From positions 1-42,368 of the forward strand of contig JAFTXK010000099.1 in the NCBI GenBank assembly GCA_017461635.1: 42,368 bases of DNA. Direction: 5' to 3'. The DNA comes from Clostridia bacterium. Lineage in GTDB: Bacteria; Bacillota; Clostridia; Oscillospirales; CAG-272. Shown piece after piece: positions 18,884 to 28,092 of the stretch (its first letter is position 1; the number at the start of each line of letters is the position of its first letter). The notes under the pieces are model-generated. The model was not told the DNA's origin and did not search any database. It worked only from the letters and a program-made list of their open reading frames with translations. Made by a program: the position numbers and the translations under genes.

Positions 18884-18912
18884 ATTATATGCCAAAACGG
18901 AAAGTTTTGCAA
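18884..18912 (-). promoter_or_regulatory. Sigma-A promoter for the GNAT gene
   Basis: TTGCAA-17 bp-TATAAT. Confidence 0.7.
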
Positions 18913-18951
18913 GTTTTTTCGTTAAAAATATATAAAATTTATTTAAAATAC

Positions 18952-18987
18952 TGTACAAATTGACATTTTTGTGATACAATATAAGAT
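18952..18987 (+). promoter_or_regulatory. Candidate sigma-A promoter(s) for the asnB run
   Basis: TGTACA-17-TACAAT with extended TG, overlapping TTGACA-16-TAAGAT. Confidence 0.5.
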
Positions 18988-19032
18988 GAACATTTATGCT
19001 TTGGCGATTTTTTCGGAAAGTGAGTTATAGAT

Positions 19033-20871
19033 ATGTGCGGATTTGCGGGTTTTTCCGGCAGACTTGAAAATAAAAAAGAAATAATAAACGCAATGATGGA
19101 TCGCATAGTCCACCGCGGACCCGATATGGCGGGAGATTTTACCGATGAAGATATGGCTCTGGGCTTCAGAAGGCTTAGCATCATCGATCTCTCCGAGGAT
19201 GGCGCACAGCCCATGTATAATGAGGACGGCAGTATCGTTATAGTTTTTAACGGCGAGATATATAATTTTGCCGATCTGCGTGCAGATCTCATATCAAAAG
19301 GGCATATATTCAAATGTCATGCAGATACAGAGGTGCTGGTCCACGGTTATGAGGAATACGGTGAAAAAATAGTGGAAAAGCTCCGCGGAATGTTTGCTTT
19401 TGTTATCTGGGACAGAAATAAAAAGACCCTTTTCGGAGCAAGAGATCATTTCGGTATAAAGCCCTTTTATTACGGCAATACCTCGGATGGCTCTCTTATC
19501 TTCGGCTCGGAGATAAAGAGCTTCCTCGAGCATCCGAATTTTGTAAAAGCGGTCAATAAAAGAGCCCTGCGCCCTTATCTTACCTTCCAGTATTCCTCTA
19601 TGGAGGAGACCTTCTTTGAGGGAGTAAAAAAGCTTCCTCCTGCGCATTATTTCACATGGAACGCAGAGCAGGGAATGAAGATAGAGCGTTATTGGGATAT
19701 TGATTTTACAGAGGGACCGGGATCCTTTGAGCATTATCGCGATGAACTGGATAAAACCGTGCGCGAATCTGTCGCGGCGCATAGAATAAGCGACGTCAGG
19801 GTAGGCTCATTCCTTTCGGGCGGCGTTGATTCCAGCTATATCACCGCGGCACTGATGCCCGATGAGACCTTCTCTGTTGGCTTTGCCTATGATAAATTCA
19901 ATGAAACCGATGAGGCAGGCGAGCTTTCAAAAATTCTGGGTATTAAAAATTTCAAAAAGATCATCAATGCCGATGAATGCTTCGAGCATTTTGAAGAGAT
20001 CCAGTATCATATGGATGAGCCTCAGTCAAATCCCTCGTCAGTACCGCTCTATTTCCTTGCAAGGCTGGCAAAGGAGCATGTAACGGTCGTTCTCTCGGGA
20101 GAGGGTGCAGACGAGATATATGCCGGCTATGAATGGTATGATGAAACGCCCATGATGCGTAAATATAAGAAGCTGCCTCGGTTCATCCGAGCTGCGGCGG
20201 CATCGGTTGCGGGGAAGCTGCCATATTTTAAAGGACACGATTTCATAATAAAGGGAAGCTCCCGCCCCGAGGACTATTTTATCGGACAGGCTCTTGTATT
20301 CCCCGAAAAGGAAGCACTCTCGGTGCTTCGTGACGAATATAAAAACGCACCGTCCGTTAAGGATATCACAGCGCCCATCTATGCGAGAGTGAAAGGGAAG
20401 AGCGAGCTCGTAAAAAAACAGTATCTTGATCTGAATCTTTGGCTTCCGGGTGATATACTTCTCAAAGCTGATAAGATGAGCATGTCAAGCTCCCTTGAGC
20501 TTCGCGTGCCCTTCCTTGATAAGGTCGTTATGAAGCAGGCGCAGGAGATCCCAAGCCGCTTTAAGATAAACGAAAAGAACACAAAGTACGTCCTGCGTGA
20601 AGCATCGCATAAGACATTGCCCGATGAATGGGCAAACCGTACCAAAAAAGGATTTCCCGTTCCGATACGCTATTGGCTTCGTGAAGAGAAGTATTATAAT
20701 ATAGTAAAAGAATATTTCACAGCCGATTATGCGTCAGAGTTCTTTGAGTGTGATGCAATAATGAAGCTTCTTGACGATCATAAGGCGGGCAAGGCGCAGA
20801 ATCAGCGCAAGATCTGGACGGTATTCACCTTCCTTGTCTGGTACAAAAAATTCTTCATTGAGGAAAAATGA
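19033..20871 (+). CDS. asnB: Asparagine synthase (glutamine-hydrolysing), probably AsnH-like D-Asp amidotransferase
   Basis: N-terminal MCG, HRGPD, RRLSIID, FNGEIYN, FLSGGVDSS, LSGEGADE and LRVPFLD motifs; adjacent to a D-Asp ligase. Confidence 0.93.
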   Translation: MCGFAGFSGRLENKKEIINAMMDRIVHRGPDMAGDFTDEDMALGFRRLSIIDLSEDGAQPMYNEDGSIVIVFNGEIYNFADLRADLISKGHIFKCHADTEVLVHGYEEYGEKIVEKLRGMFAFVIWDRNKKTLFGARDHFGIKPFYYGNTSDGSLIFGSEIKSFLEHPNFVKAVNKRALRPYLTFQYSSMEETFFEGVKKLPPAHYFTWNAEQGMKIERYWDIDFTEGPGSFEHYRDELDKTVRESVAAHRISDVRVGSFLSGGVDSSYITAALMPDETFSVGFAYDKFNETDEAGELSKILGIKNFKKIINADECFEHFEEIQYHMDEPQSNPSSVPLYFLARLAKEHVTVVLSGEGADEIYAGYEWYDETPMMRKYKKLPRFIRAAAASVAGKLPYFKGHDFIIKGSSRPEDYFIGQALVFPEKEALSVLRDEYKNAPSVKDITAPIYARVKGKSELVKKQYLDLNLWLPGDILLKADKMSMSSSLELRVPFLDKVVMKQAQEIPSRFKINEKNTKYVLREASHKTLPDEWANRTKKGFPVPIRYWLREEKYYNIVKEYFTADYASEFFECDAIMKLLDDHKAGKAQNQRKIWTVFTFLVWYKKFFIEEK

Positions 20872-20872
20872 A

Positions 20873-22102
20873 ATGACAGAAATAGAAATAGATCTGATCC
20901 CCGTCCTTCTGGGAGGAGACCTTAACAGCTATAATGTAGCCCGTGCATTCCATGAAAGATACGGCATAAAGACCCATGTTTTCGGCAGATATCCCATAGG
21001 TCCTACAAAGGATTCGAGGATAGTTGATTTCCATGTTATCCCAAAGCTTGATACCGATGATATCATGGTTGCCGAAATGCAGAATTTTGCCGAAAAGCAC
21101 AGCGGAGCGGCACTGCTTCTCCTTGGATGCACCGATGATTATGCGGCAATGATAATCCGCAATAAAAACCGCCTTGAGGATAAATATATCTGCCCTTATA
21201 TTGAAGAAGAGCTGATGGATAAGCTGGTCAGTAAAGCAGTTTTCTATGAGATGTGCGAAAAATACGGCATACCTTATCCGAAAACAAAGATACTGACAGC
21301 AGATTTTACCGAAAGCGATTTTACTGAAGAAAATCTCGGCTTTACTTATCCTATAATCGTCAAGCCTTCCAGCAGTATTGCCTACTGGAAGCATCCCTTT
21401 GAGGGCATGAAGAAGGTCTATACCGCAAAGAATCCCGAGGAAGCGGCAAAGATCGTCAAAGAGATCTATTCCGCAGGCTATCCCGATAAAATGATCCTGC
21501 AGGATATGATCCCCGGAGACGACTCCAATATGTATGTTCTCACAGCTTATTCGGATAAGGATAATCAGGTCAAGATGATGTGCCTCGGTCATGTTCTTCT
21601 TGAGGAGCATACTCCAAAGGGACTTGGCAACCATGCCGCTATCATCACCGAATATAAGCCCGAGCTTACCGAGCGATTCAGAGAAATGCTTAATGATATT
21701 TCTTACCGCGGCTTCTCTAATTTTGATATCAAATACGATCCCCGTGATGGCTCGATGAGAGCCTTCGAGATAAATCTCCGCCAGGGAAGAAGTAATTTCT
21801 ATATAACTGCGGCGGGAATAAACCTCGCAGAGATACTCGTCCGTGATAATTTCCTCGTCGAAACTCTCGAATATACCGAGTGTAAGGAAAGCCGCCTCTG
21901 GCATACTATCCCCTTCGGTGTCGTAAAAAAATATGTCCATGATAAGCCTTCTCTTGAAAAAGCCAAAAAGCTCAGAAGCGAAGGCAGATCAAAGACATCC
22001 CTCTGGTATGCATATGACCTTCTAAGAAGCCCTAAGAGACTTATCTGGGTCGCCGAGCATATGCGCCGCCAGTACGGAAAATATAAAAAATACTGCAAAT
22101 AA
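20873..22102 (+). CDS. ATP-grasp D-aspartate ligase (Aslfm/YxbA-like)
   Basis: PVLLGGDLNSYNVARAFHE, LQDMIPGDDS, GHVLLEEH, LGNHAAI and FSNFDIKYD...FEINLRQGRS resemble enterococcal/lactococcal D-Asp ligases; start moved to ATG 20873, right after the asnB stop. Confidence 0.82.
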   Translation: MTEIEIDLIPVLLGGDLNSYNVARAFHERYGIKTHVFGRYPIGPTKDSRIVDFHVIPKLDTDDIMVAEMQNFAEKHSGAALLLLGCTDDYAAMIIRNKNRLEDKYICPYIEEELMDKLVSKAVFYEMCEKYGIPYPKTKILTADFTESDFTEENLGFTYPIIVKPSSSIAYWKHPFEGMKKVYTAKNPEEAAKIVKEIYSAGYPDKMILQDMIPGDDSNMYVLTAYSDKDNQVKMMCLGHVLLEEHTPKGLGNHAAIITEYKPELTERFREMLNDISYRGFSNFDIKYDPRDGSMRAFEINLRQGRSNFYITAAGINLAEILVRDNFLVETLEYTECKESRLWHTIPFGVVKKYVHDKPSLEKAKKLRSEGRSKTSLWYAYDLLRSPKRLIWVAEHMRRQYGKYKKYCK

Positions 22103-22126
22103 ATAAAAAATTATGGAGGCGAACTC

Positions 22127-23614
22127 GTGAAACTCTGGGAGCTTTTGAAAAATGTTAACATAAATGCCCCTCTTTCGGGAAAGCTCGGCGAAATCGAGAT
22201 AAGCGCAGTCTGCTGTGATTCCCGCAAAGCAATGCCGGGTTCTGTTTTCGTCTGCATAAGCGGTGCCGTTTCTGATGGACATGATCATGCTCCGTCGGCA
22301 TATGAAAAGGGATGCCGTATCTTTGTGGCAGAAAGAGAGCTGTCTCTGCCAAAGGACGCATTTGTTCTGATAGCGGATAATACGAGGATCGCTCTTGCCG
22401 AAATGTCTCAGACCTTTTTCGGAAACCCTTCAAAGGAGCTGAAGGTCATCGGAATTACGGGCACAAAGGGAAAGACAACAACTGCGCATCTTATCTATCA
22501 TGTGCTGAATACCTCGGGGATAAAAGCAGGCTATATCGGTACGAACGGCATTATGTTCGACGGTAAATTCTATGAGACCGTCAATACCACCCCCGAAAGC
22601 TATGACCTTGCGCAGTATATGCGCAAAATGCTGGATTCTGAGGTTAAATATCTGGTTCTCGAAGTATCCTCACAGGCAATCTATATGGATAGGATACGCG
22701 GAATGGAATTTGAGACCTGTGTTTTCACCAATCTTTCTCCCGATCATATCGGCGGAAATGAGCATCCTACCTTTGAGCATTACCGCGATTGCAAAGCAAG
22801 GCTCTTTTCCGAATATAAGCCTAAGATCGCAATATTTAATGCCGATGATGAGGCTTCGGATTATATGATGAGTAATTGCCCCGCGCCTAAGTTCAGCTAT
22901 TCCATAAAGGGAAATGGACATTTTCTTGCAGAGAAGCTTGAATATTACCGCGATGGCGGCAGACTGGGCGTAAAATTTGATATGAAGGCAGGAGGTGAGC
23001 TGTCGGCGAAGGTGGATCTGCCTCTTCCGGGCGATTTCAATGCTTCAAATGCACTTGCCGCGGCGGCTGTTTGCATAAGCGCCGGAGTTTCCTTTGATAA
23101 GATCGTTTCGGCACTATCAACAGCCTCTCTCAGAGGGCGCTTTGAGATAGTCGATGCGCTTCCTTATGCAACCTTCATAATAGATTATGCTCATAACGGC
23201 GTGAGCCTTAGAAGCGTTCTTACTACTCTTCGTGCCTATGAGCCCAAAAGACTGATCTGCGTATTTGGCTCTGTGGGCGGCAGGACAAAACTGCGCCGCG
23301 CTGAGCTCGGAAAGGTTGCGGGCGAGCTCTGCGATCTATGCATAATCACCTCGGATAACCCGGATAATGAACCGCCTGAGCAGATAATCGATGAGATAGC
23401 GGCGGCATTCGGAGAGGGAAGCTGTCCCTATGTAAAGATCCCGAGCCGCAGAGAAGCAGTGCTCTATGCCGTCAGAAATGCACGCAAGGATGATATAATT
23501 CTCTTTGCGGGCAAAGGTCATGAGGAATACCAGCTGATATGCGGAAAGCGAGAATATTTCTGCGAGCGTGAAACGATAATCGAAGGCGCGTTCGGAATGT
23601 TACTTGGCAGGTGA
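22127..23614 (+). CDS. murE: UDP-MurNAc-dipeptide:diamino-acid ligase MurE, non-DNPR type
   Basis: GITGTKGKTTT, NTTPES, LEVSSQ, DYAHN, SDNPDNE and AGKGHE motifs; GGAGG RBS with GTG start. Confidence 0.93.
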   Translation: MKLWELLKNVNINAPLSGKLGEIEISAVCCDSRKAMPGSVFVCISGAVSDGHDHAPSAYEKGCRIFVAERELSLPKDAFVLIADNTRIALAEMSQTFFGNPSKELKVIGITGTKGKTTTAHLIYHVLNTSGIKAGYIGTNGIMFDGKFYETVNTTPESYDLAQYMRKMLDSEVKYLVLEVSSQAIYMDRIRGMEFETCVFTNLSPDHIGGNEHPTFEHYRDCKARLFSEYKPKIAIFNADDEASDYMMSNCPAPKFSYSIKGNGHFLAEKLEYYRDGGRLGVKFDMKAGGELSAKVDLPLPGDFNASNALAAAAVCISAGVSFDKIVSALSTASLRGRFEIVDALPYATFIIDYAHNGVSLRSVLTTLRAYEPKRLICVFGSVGGRTKLRRAELGKVAGELCDLCIITSDNPDNEPPEQIIDEIAAAFGEGSCPYVKIPSRREAVLYAVRNARKDDIILFAGKGHEEYQLICGKREYFCERETIIEGAFGMLLGR

Positions 23615-23617
23615 GAT

Positions 23618-24331
23618 ATGGCATTATATAAATTTGCGGACAGAGTTTTTGAGCTAAAGAATAAATATAAATATACCGATAAGATCTGTGCCGATTATGC
23701 AATAGATGAAGCAACTCCCGATTATGTTATAGAGGTCACAGCGGATGAGATAATGAAGGAAAGAGTAGATGATAGCTCTGCTTTTCCGCCTCCTTATCTC
23801 GAATCTCTTGCGATATACAGAAAGATCGCAGAATGTCTTGCCGAGGAGGGTTGCTTTCTGATGCATGCCGCAGTCATCGAATACCGCGGTAAGGCGTATG
23901 CCTTCACAGCGAGGAGCGGCACAGGCAAAACCACTCATGTCTCTCTTTGGGAAAAGGCATTCGGAGAGGATGTAAGAATAATCAACGGCGATAAGCCCCT
24001 TGTTCGAAGGATAATAAAGGATGGAAAAAGCGAATTTACCGTTTACGGTACACCCTGGTGCGGTAAAGAACGTAAACATATAAATGCAAGCGCGCCTCTT
24101 GCAGGCTTTTGTCTGCTGGAACGCTCGGCGGAAAATTTCATAACCCCCGCAGGAGAGGAAGCAGTTCCTTTTCTTCTGGGACAAATGCTCTTAAAAAAGA
24201 ATATTCGCTATATGGGGGCTCTGATGGCATTTGCCGATGCTCTTGTGACGAGTGTTCCCATCTACCGTCTCGGAGTAAATACCGATATTTCGGCGGCTGA
24301 GGTCGCCCGTAACGGACTTTGCGGAAAATAA
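23618..24331 (+). CDS. HPr kinase/PEPCK-related P-loop kinase
   Basis: LMHAAVI...AFTARSGTGKTTH, IINGDKP and YGTPWCGK motifs. Confidence 0.75.
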   Translation: MALYKFADRVFELKNKYKYTDKICADYAIDEATPDYVIEVTADEIMKERVDDSSAFPPPYLESLAIYRKIAECLAEEGCFLMHAAVIEYRGKAYAFTARSGTGKTTHVSLWEKAFGEDVRIINGDKPLVRRIIKDGKSEFTVYGTPWCGKERKHINASAPLAGFCLLERSAENFITPAGEEAVPFLLGQMLLKKNIRYMGALMAFADALVTSVPIYRLGVNTDISAAEVARNGLCGK

Positions 24332-24351
24332 AATCGGAGGATATATAATAT

Positions 24352-24630
24352 ATGAAGATCAGTGAAGGATTCGTAGTTCAGAAGATAGGGGAAAGCTTCT
24401 ATGCAGTTCCCGTAAATAAAAATCCTGCCATCGGAAATGGCATGATAAAGCTGAATGAAAGTGCTTATCTTATGTGGAAGAAGATCGAAGAGGGCCTTGA
24501 TCTCGATCAGATAGCTGAGGCTCTTACAGAAGAATATAATGTGGATAAGGAGACTGCTCTGAGGGATGTTAAAGCCTTTGCGGGGCAGCTCGGAAAGGTC
24601 GGAATCCTTGAAGGAACAAATGAAGCTTGA
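24352..24630 (+). CDS. PqqD-family RiPP recognition element (RRE)
   Basis: 92 aa; MIKLNESAYLMWKKI...IAEALTEEYNVD...ALRDVKAFAGQLGKVGIL; GGAGG RBS. Confidence 0.88.
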   Translation: MKISEGFVVQKIGESFYAVPVNKNPAIGNGMIKLNESAYLMWKKIEEGLDLDQIAEALTEEYNVDKETALRDVKAFAGQLGKVGILEGTNEA

Positions 24631-25054
24631 GGAAGCGCTTCCTCTGATCGAAGCTGCGTTTTCTGCAGGAGTATCATTTCGATTTTTTCCAAGGGGAACC
24701 AGCATGCTCCCCATGCTCAGACAAGGGATCGATTCTGTTAGCATCGTTTCTCCTAAGCTGAGAGAGCCGAAGGTGGGAGAGGTAATTCTCTATCGCAGAA
24801 AAAACGGAGCATTTGTTCTCCATCGTGCGATCGGCAGGGAAAAGGACGGCAGCTTTATCTGCCGCGGTGATAATCAGGGGATTCCCGAGCGCGGAGTTGC
24901 TCAGGATAGCATCATAGGAGTCCTTGAGGGCTATTATAAGGGCGAAGCTTGGATCTCAGCTGATGATTTTGAATATAAGAAGTATGTAAAGAAACGAATG
25001 AAGACGGGATGGCTAAGGAATCTTAAAGGAATCTTGAGAAAAATAATAAAATAA
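24620..25054 (+). CDS. S24/S26-family (signal peptidase-like) serine peptidase without a membrane anchor
   Basis: GTSMLPML, FVLHR and CRGDN motifs; ATG 24620 with AAGGA RBS overlaps the end of the PqqD gene. Confidence 0.82.
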   Translation: MKLEEALPLIEAAFSAGVSFRFFPRGTSMLPMLRQGIDSVSIVSPKLREPKVGEVILYRRKNGAFVLHRAIGREKDGSFICRGDNQGIPERGVAQDSIIGVLEGYYKGEAWISADDFEYKKYVKKRMKTGWLRNLKGILRKIIK

Positions 25055-25065
25055 AGGGATTTTTT

Positions 25066-26229
25066 ATGGATGGATATATAAGTTACAGGAAGAGGATGCA
25101 GATAATTGCAATTATCTCAATAGTGCTGGCGGTGATCCTCGCCGCATCTCTGTATTTTCTTCTCTCAGGGTATAATAGAAGAGAACAGGAAAAGAGAGAG
25201 GAGCTTCATAAGCTCGATATCGAGAAATATGAAGAGCTGAAGGAAAATGATGTTTTCTATGGAGAAGATATCACCGATAAGGATAGAGAACTTCTCGATA
25301 AGATGAAGAATTATGATTTTTATCAGAAGCTCGAGGAAAGGCTTGATACCTATGTTGGATTTTTCGGAACCGAAGCGGTAAGAAAAACGAAGAACGACAA
25401 TAACTGGGTAGGACAGTTTTTTGAAGCAGTGAGAAATAAATATTCCTATGCCAGAGGTATAAATTCCGGTTCTCGCGGTACGGATTCGCTTTACGGATAT
25501 ATAGCTCTGAATACCTCTGCTCTTCAGGTTTTTGAATATTTCGATCTCGTAGTTGTATGCTATGGAGCTTATGATGATCCCGAAACCTTTGCAACATATT
25601 ATGACGGTTTTCTCAGATCTGTCAAGAACCAAAATGAGAAATGCGAAATATACTGCATCATAGAGGCGAATGCGGAAGGGTATAACGAAAATGCGGAAAC
25701 TGTCAGACAGCTCTGCGCACTTTACGGCGGAATATGCATAGATATGAACGAATATTTTGAAAAACACGGAATAGACTATTCTATGACCCTTAACGGCATT
25801 GCTCCCAATGCATATGGGGATATCGAATATCTGAATGCCGTAATGGATACCATAGAAGAAAACCTTGAAAGCGGCAGAAGGGTAACGAGGGAAAACAGAG
25901 TTAATTTCTCCACAACAAGGAATTTTGATAATTATAAGTTTGTAAGTATGTCTGATATGAAGAAGATCAGCGATACTGTATATGAATTTTCCTCTTCGGG
26001 TAAAATGGCAACTCTGGTCTATAAGATAAGCTCCGGAGGGGGAAATACAAAGGTTTATGTGAACGGAAAAAAGGTAATGACCTGCGATATCAGATACGGA
26101 GATTCGGATGAACTCGGAGTTATTCTCATTTCTTCGGAGCTCGGAAGCATGAACCGTATAAGAATAGAAACAGCATCTGAGGATGTTGCCTTAAAAATAT
26201 ACGGAGTAGCTCTCAGCGGTGCAAAATGA
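25066..26229 (+). CDS. Membrane-anchored SGNH/GDSL-like protein with degenerate catalytic blocks
   Basis: One N-terminal TM helix; FFGTE, DLVVVCYGAYDD and NGIAPNAYG line up with the SGNH blocks GDS, GxND and DxxHPN. Confidence 0.55.
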   Translation: MDGYISYRKRMQIIAIISIVLAVILAASLYFLLSGYNRREQEKREELHKLDIEKYEELKENDVFYGEDITDKDRELLDKMKNYDFYQKLEERLDTYVGFFGTEAVRKTKNDNNWVGQFFEAVRNKYSYARGINSGSRGTDSLYGYIALNTSALQVFEYFDLVVVCYGAYDDPETFATYYDGFLRSVKNQNEKCEIYCIIEANAEGYNENAETVRQLCALYGGICIDMNEYFEKHGIDYSMTLNGIAPNAYGDIEYLNAVMDTIEENLESGRRVTRENRVNFSTTRNFDNYKFVSMSDMKKISDTVYEFSSSGKMATLVYKISSGGGNTKVYVNGKKVMTCDIRYGDSDELGVILISSELGSMNRIRIETASEDVALKIYGVALSGAK

Positions 26230-26999
26230 TTCAGAAGGAAAAGCTTGAAGAGAATATTCATATCGGTCATAGGGAGAGAATGCGCGAAAAGATACTCGCG
26301 GGAGCTGCAGACAGCTTCACAGATCATGAAGTGCTTGAATTCTATCTCTTGGGAGCATATCGGCAAAAGGATACAAATGCTCTTGCCCATTCGCTGATAT
26401 CGCGGTTCGGCTCTATCAAGGGTGTTTTGGATGCATCGTCTGAGGAGCTTTGCTCAGTGCCTATGGTGGGCAAGGGCGGAGCGGCATATCTTAAGGGAAT
26501 GTCTGAGCTTATGCGCAGATATTTCAATGCAGAAAATAAAAAGCAACAATTTGATAAGCTGGATCAGGTCGGAGATTTTTTTGTTCATCAGTTTATAGGC
26601 TTTGGAAAAGAGAATATCTGCGTTTTGCTTCTTGATAATGCAATGTGCTATATCGATAGCTGTATGATGAACGAGGGCTCGGTAAATTCAGCGAAATTCG
26701 ATCAAACCAAGCTGTATCAGTATGCATTTGGAAGGAACGCGTCGAATGTTATCATCGCGCATAATCATCCGAGAGGGATCGCGATCCCATCAGAGGAAGA
26801 CAAAAATATAACCTCGGTTCTCTCAGTGGGATTGGGGCATCTCGGTATAAAGCTTGTTGAGCATTTTGTTGTCGCCGATGATAGGTATACTCCCATCATG
26901 CGCAATTCTCAGTTTGTTTCTTTGAAAAAGATCTCCGAGGAAATGCTGACTTTCGATGAAAAGGAATATATTACAGGTATAGCACGGGAAATCAAATGA
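26226..26999 (+). CDS. radC: RadC-family JAB domain protein
   Basis: GHRERMRE, HhH-like region, AHNHPRG...PSEED and EHFVV. Confidence 0.88.
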   Translation: MIQKEKLEENIHIGHRERMREKILAGAADSFTDHEVLEFYLLGAYRQKDTNALAHSLISRFGSIKGVLDASSEELCSVPMVGKGGAAYLKGMSELMRRYFNAENKKQQFDKLDQVGDFFVHQFIGFGKENICVLLLDNAMCYIDSCMMNEGSVNSAKFDQTKLYQYAFGRNASNVIIAHNHPRGIAIPSEEDKNITSVLSVGLGHLGIKLVEHFVVADDRYTPIMRNSQFVSLKKISEEMLTFDEKEYITGIAREIK

Positions 27000-27073
27000 G
27001 AAAGATCTTCAGCTTCGAAGATCTGATATCGAAAAAATTCCATCCAATCACCTAATTTCGAAAGGAGAATCCC

Positions 27074-28012
27074 TTGGCAGAAATACAGCTGAAAGAGATA
27101 AGCGAAGCACTGGCAGACGATATAGTCGCTTGTGTAAAAGAAGCGGATCTCGAATATATGAAGTCAATAAATGATGTTGCCGATGCCCTGGAGCAAAAGG
27201 GAGCCAAAATAGTGCTTCTCTCAGGACCCAGCAGCTCGGGAAAAACCACAACGGCAAATATCCTCAAGGACCATCTTGCAGAAAGAGGACATAAAACCGT
27301 TATCGTTTCGCTTGATAATTTTTACCGAGATAAAGATGATCCCGGCTATCCAAAAGATGATAACGGAATGCAGGATTATGAAGCTGTGGAATCCCTTCAT
27401 ATCGATAAGATCAGAGATTGCCTCAAAAAACTGCTTTCGGGAGAGGATGTCAGCATCCCACGATATGTTTTTGAGGAAGGAAGGGCACAGCAGGCTGCAA
27501 TACCGATTAACCTTCCCGAAAACGGACTCGTTATAATGGAAGGATTGCATGCGCTGAATCCTGTTATCACCGAAGGTCTCGACAGCAGTCATATAATAAA
27601 AATGTTTATAAGTGTTTCCACTAATATAAATGAAGGAAAGCGGCGGATCCTCTCGGGCAGAAAGATAAGATTTATCCGCAGAATGACCCGTGATTCACTC
27701 TATCGCGGATCAAGCGCCGCGGCGACATTGGCTCGCTGGAGCAGTGTTCTTGCGGGAGAAGATAAATATCTTTATCCCTTTAAAGAAACAGCAGATTTTC
27801 GCATCAATACATTTCATAAATATGAGCTTGCAGTTATGAAGCCCTTTGCCGAAAAAGCGATATCGGATTCCGAAAGTGAGCTTTTCGGTGAATATATCGA
27901 GATCATTAAGAGTGCTCTCGCAAAGTTCCGGGCGGCGGATATCTCAAATGTACCTCAAACCTCTCTTATTCGTGAATTTATTCCGGGCGGCAAATATGAA
28001 AGCCAATATTAA
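27074..28012 (+). CDS. Uridine/nucleoside kinase-like P-loop protein
   Basis: SGPSSSGKTTTA, SLDNFY, MEGLHALNP, RFIRRMTRD and SLIREFI motifs; AAAGGAG RBS with TTG start. Confidence 0.8.
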   Translation: MAEIQLKEISEALADDIVACVKEADLEYMKSINDVADALEQKGAKIVLLSGPSSSGKTTTANILKDHLAERGHKTVIVSLDNFYRDKDDPGYPKDDNGMQDYEAVESLHIDKIRDCLKKLLSGEDVSIPRYVFEEGRAQQAAIPINLPENGLVIMEGLHALNPVITEGLDSSHIIKMFISVSTNINEGKRRILSGRKIRFIRRMTRDSLYRGSSAAATLARWSSVLAGEDKYLYPFKETADFRINTFHKYELAVMKPFAEKAISDSESELFGEYIEIIKSALAKFRAADISNVPQTSLIREFIPGGKYESQY

Positions 28013-28063
28013 TAAAAATCTCCCGTCAGATCAAATCAGATCCTGACGGGAGATTTTTATTAA
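28009..28063. terminator. Bidirectional intrinsic terminator with 21-bp arms
   Basis: ttaataaaaatctcccgtcag-13 nt loop-ctgacgggagatttttattaa. Confidence 0.88.
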
Positions 28064-28092
28064 AGTTATAAATAGCATTTATTCTTAATAAA

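Noticed and set aside
20855-21940. 361-aa antisense ORF
   Set aside because: Shadow of the ligase gene on the opposite strand with no recognisable motifs.
20873-22102. ATP-grasp enzyme as a graspetide (RiPP) macrocyclase
   Set aside because: Motifs and the asnB/murE context fit a D-aspartate ligase; no repeat-core precursor nearby.
19033-25054. Lasso peptide cluster (AsnB-like cyclase + kinase + RRE + protease)
   Set aside because: AsnB is a full glutamine amidotransferase (N-terminal Cys, intact motifs) better explained by the adjacent D-Asp ligase and MurE. The protease is S26, not a transglutaminase-like B2, and no precursor is visible.
26226-26999. radC as a marker of a mobile element
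   Set aside because: Full-length chromosomal type with N-terminal domain; no integrase, relaxase or att-like repeats nearby.
27003-27024. Hairpin agatcttc/gaagatct after radC as a terminator
   Set aside because: Weak stem with no U-tract; cannot be supported as a terminator.
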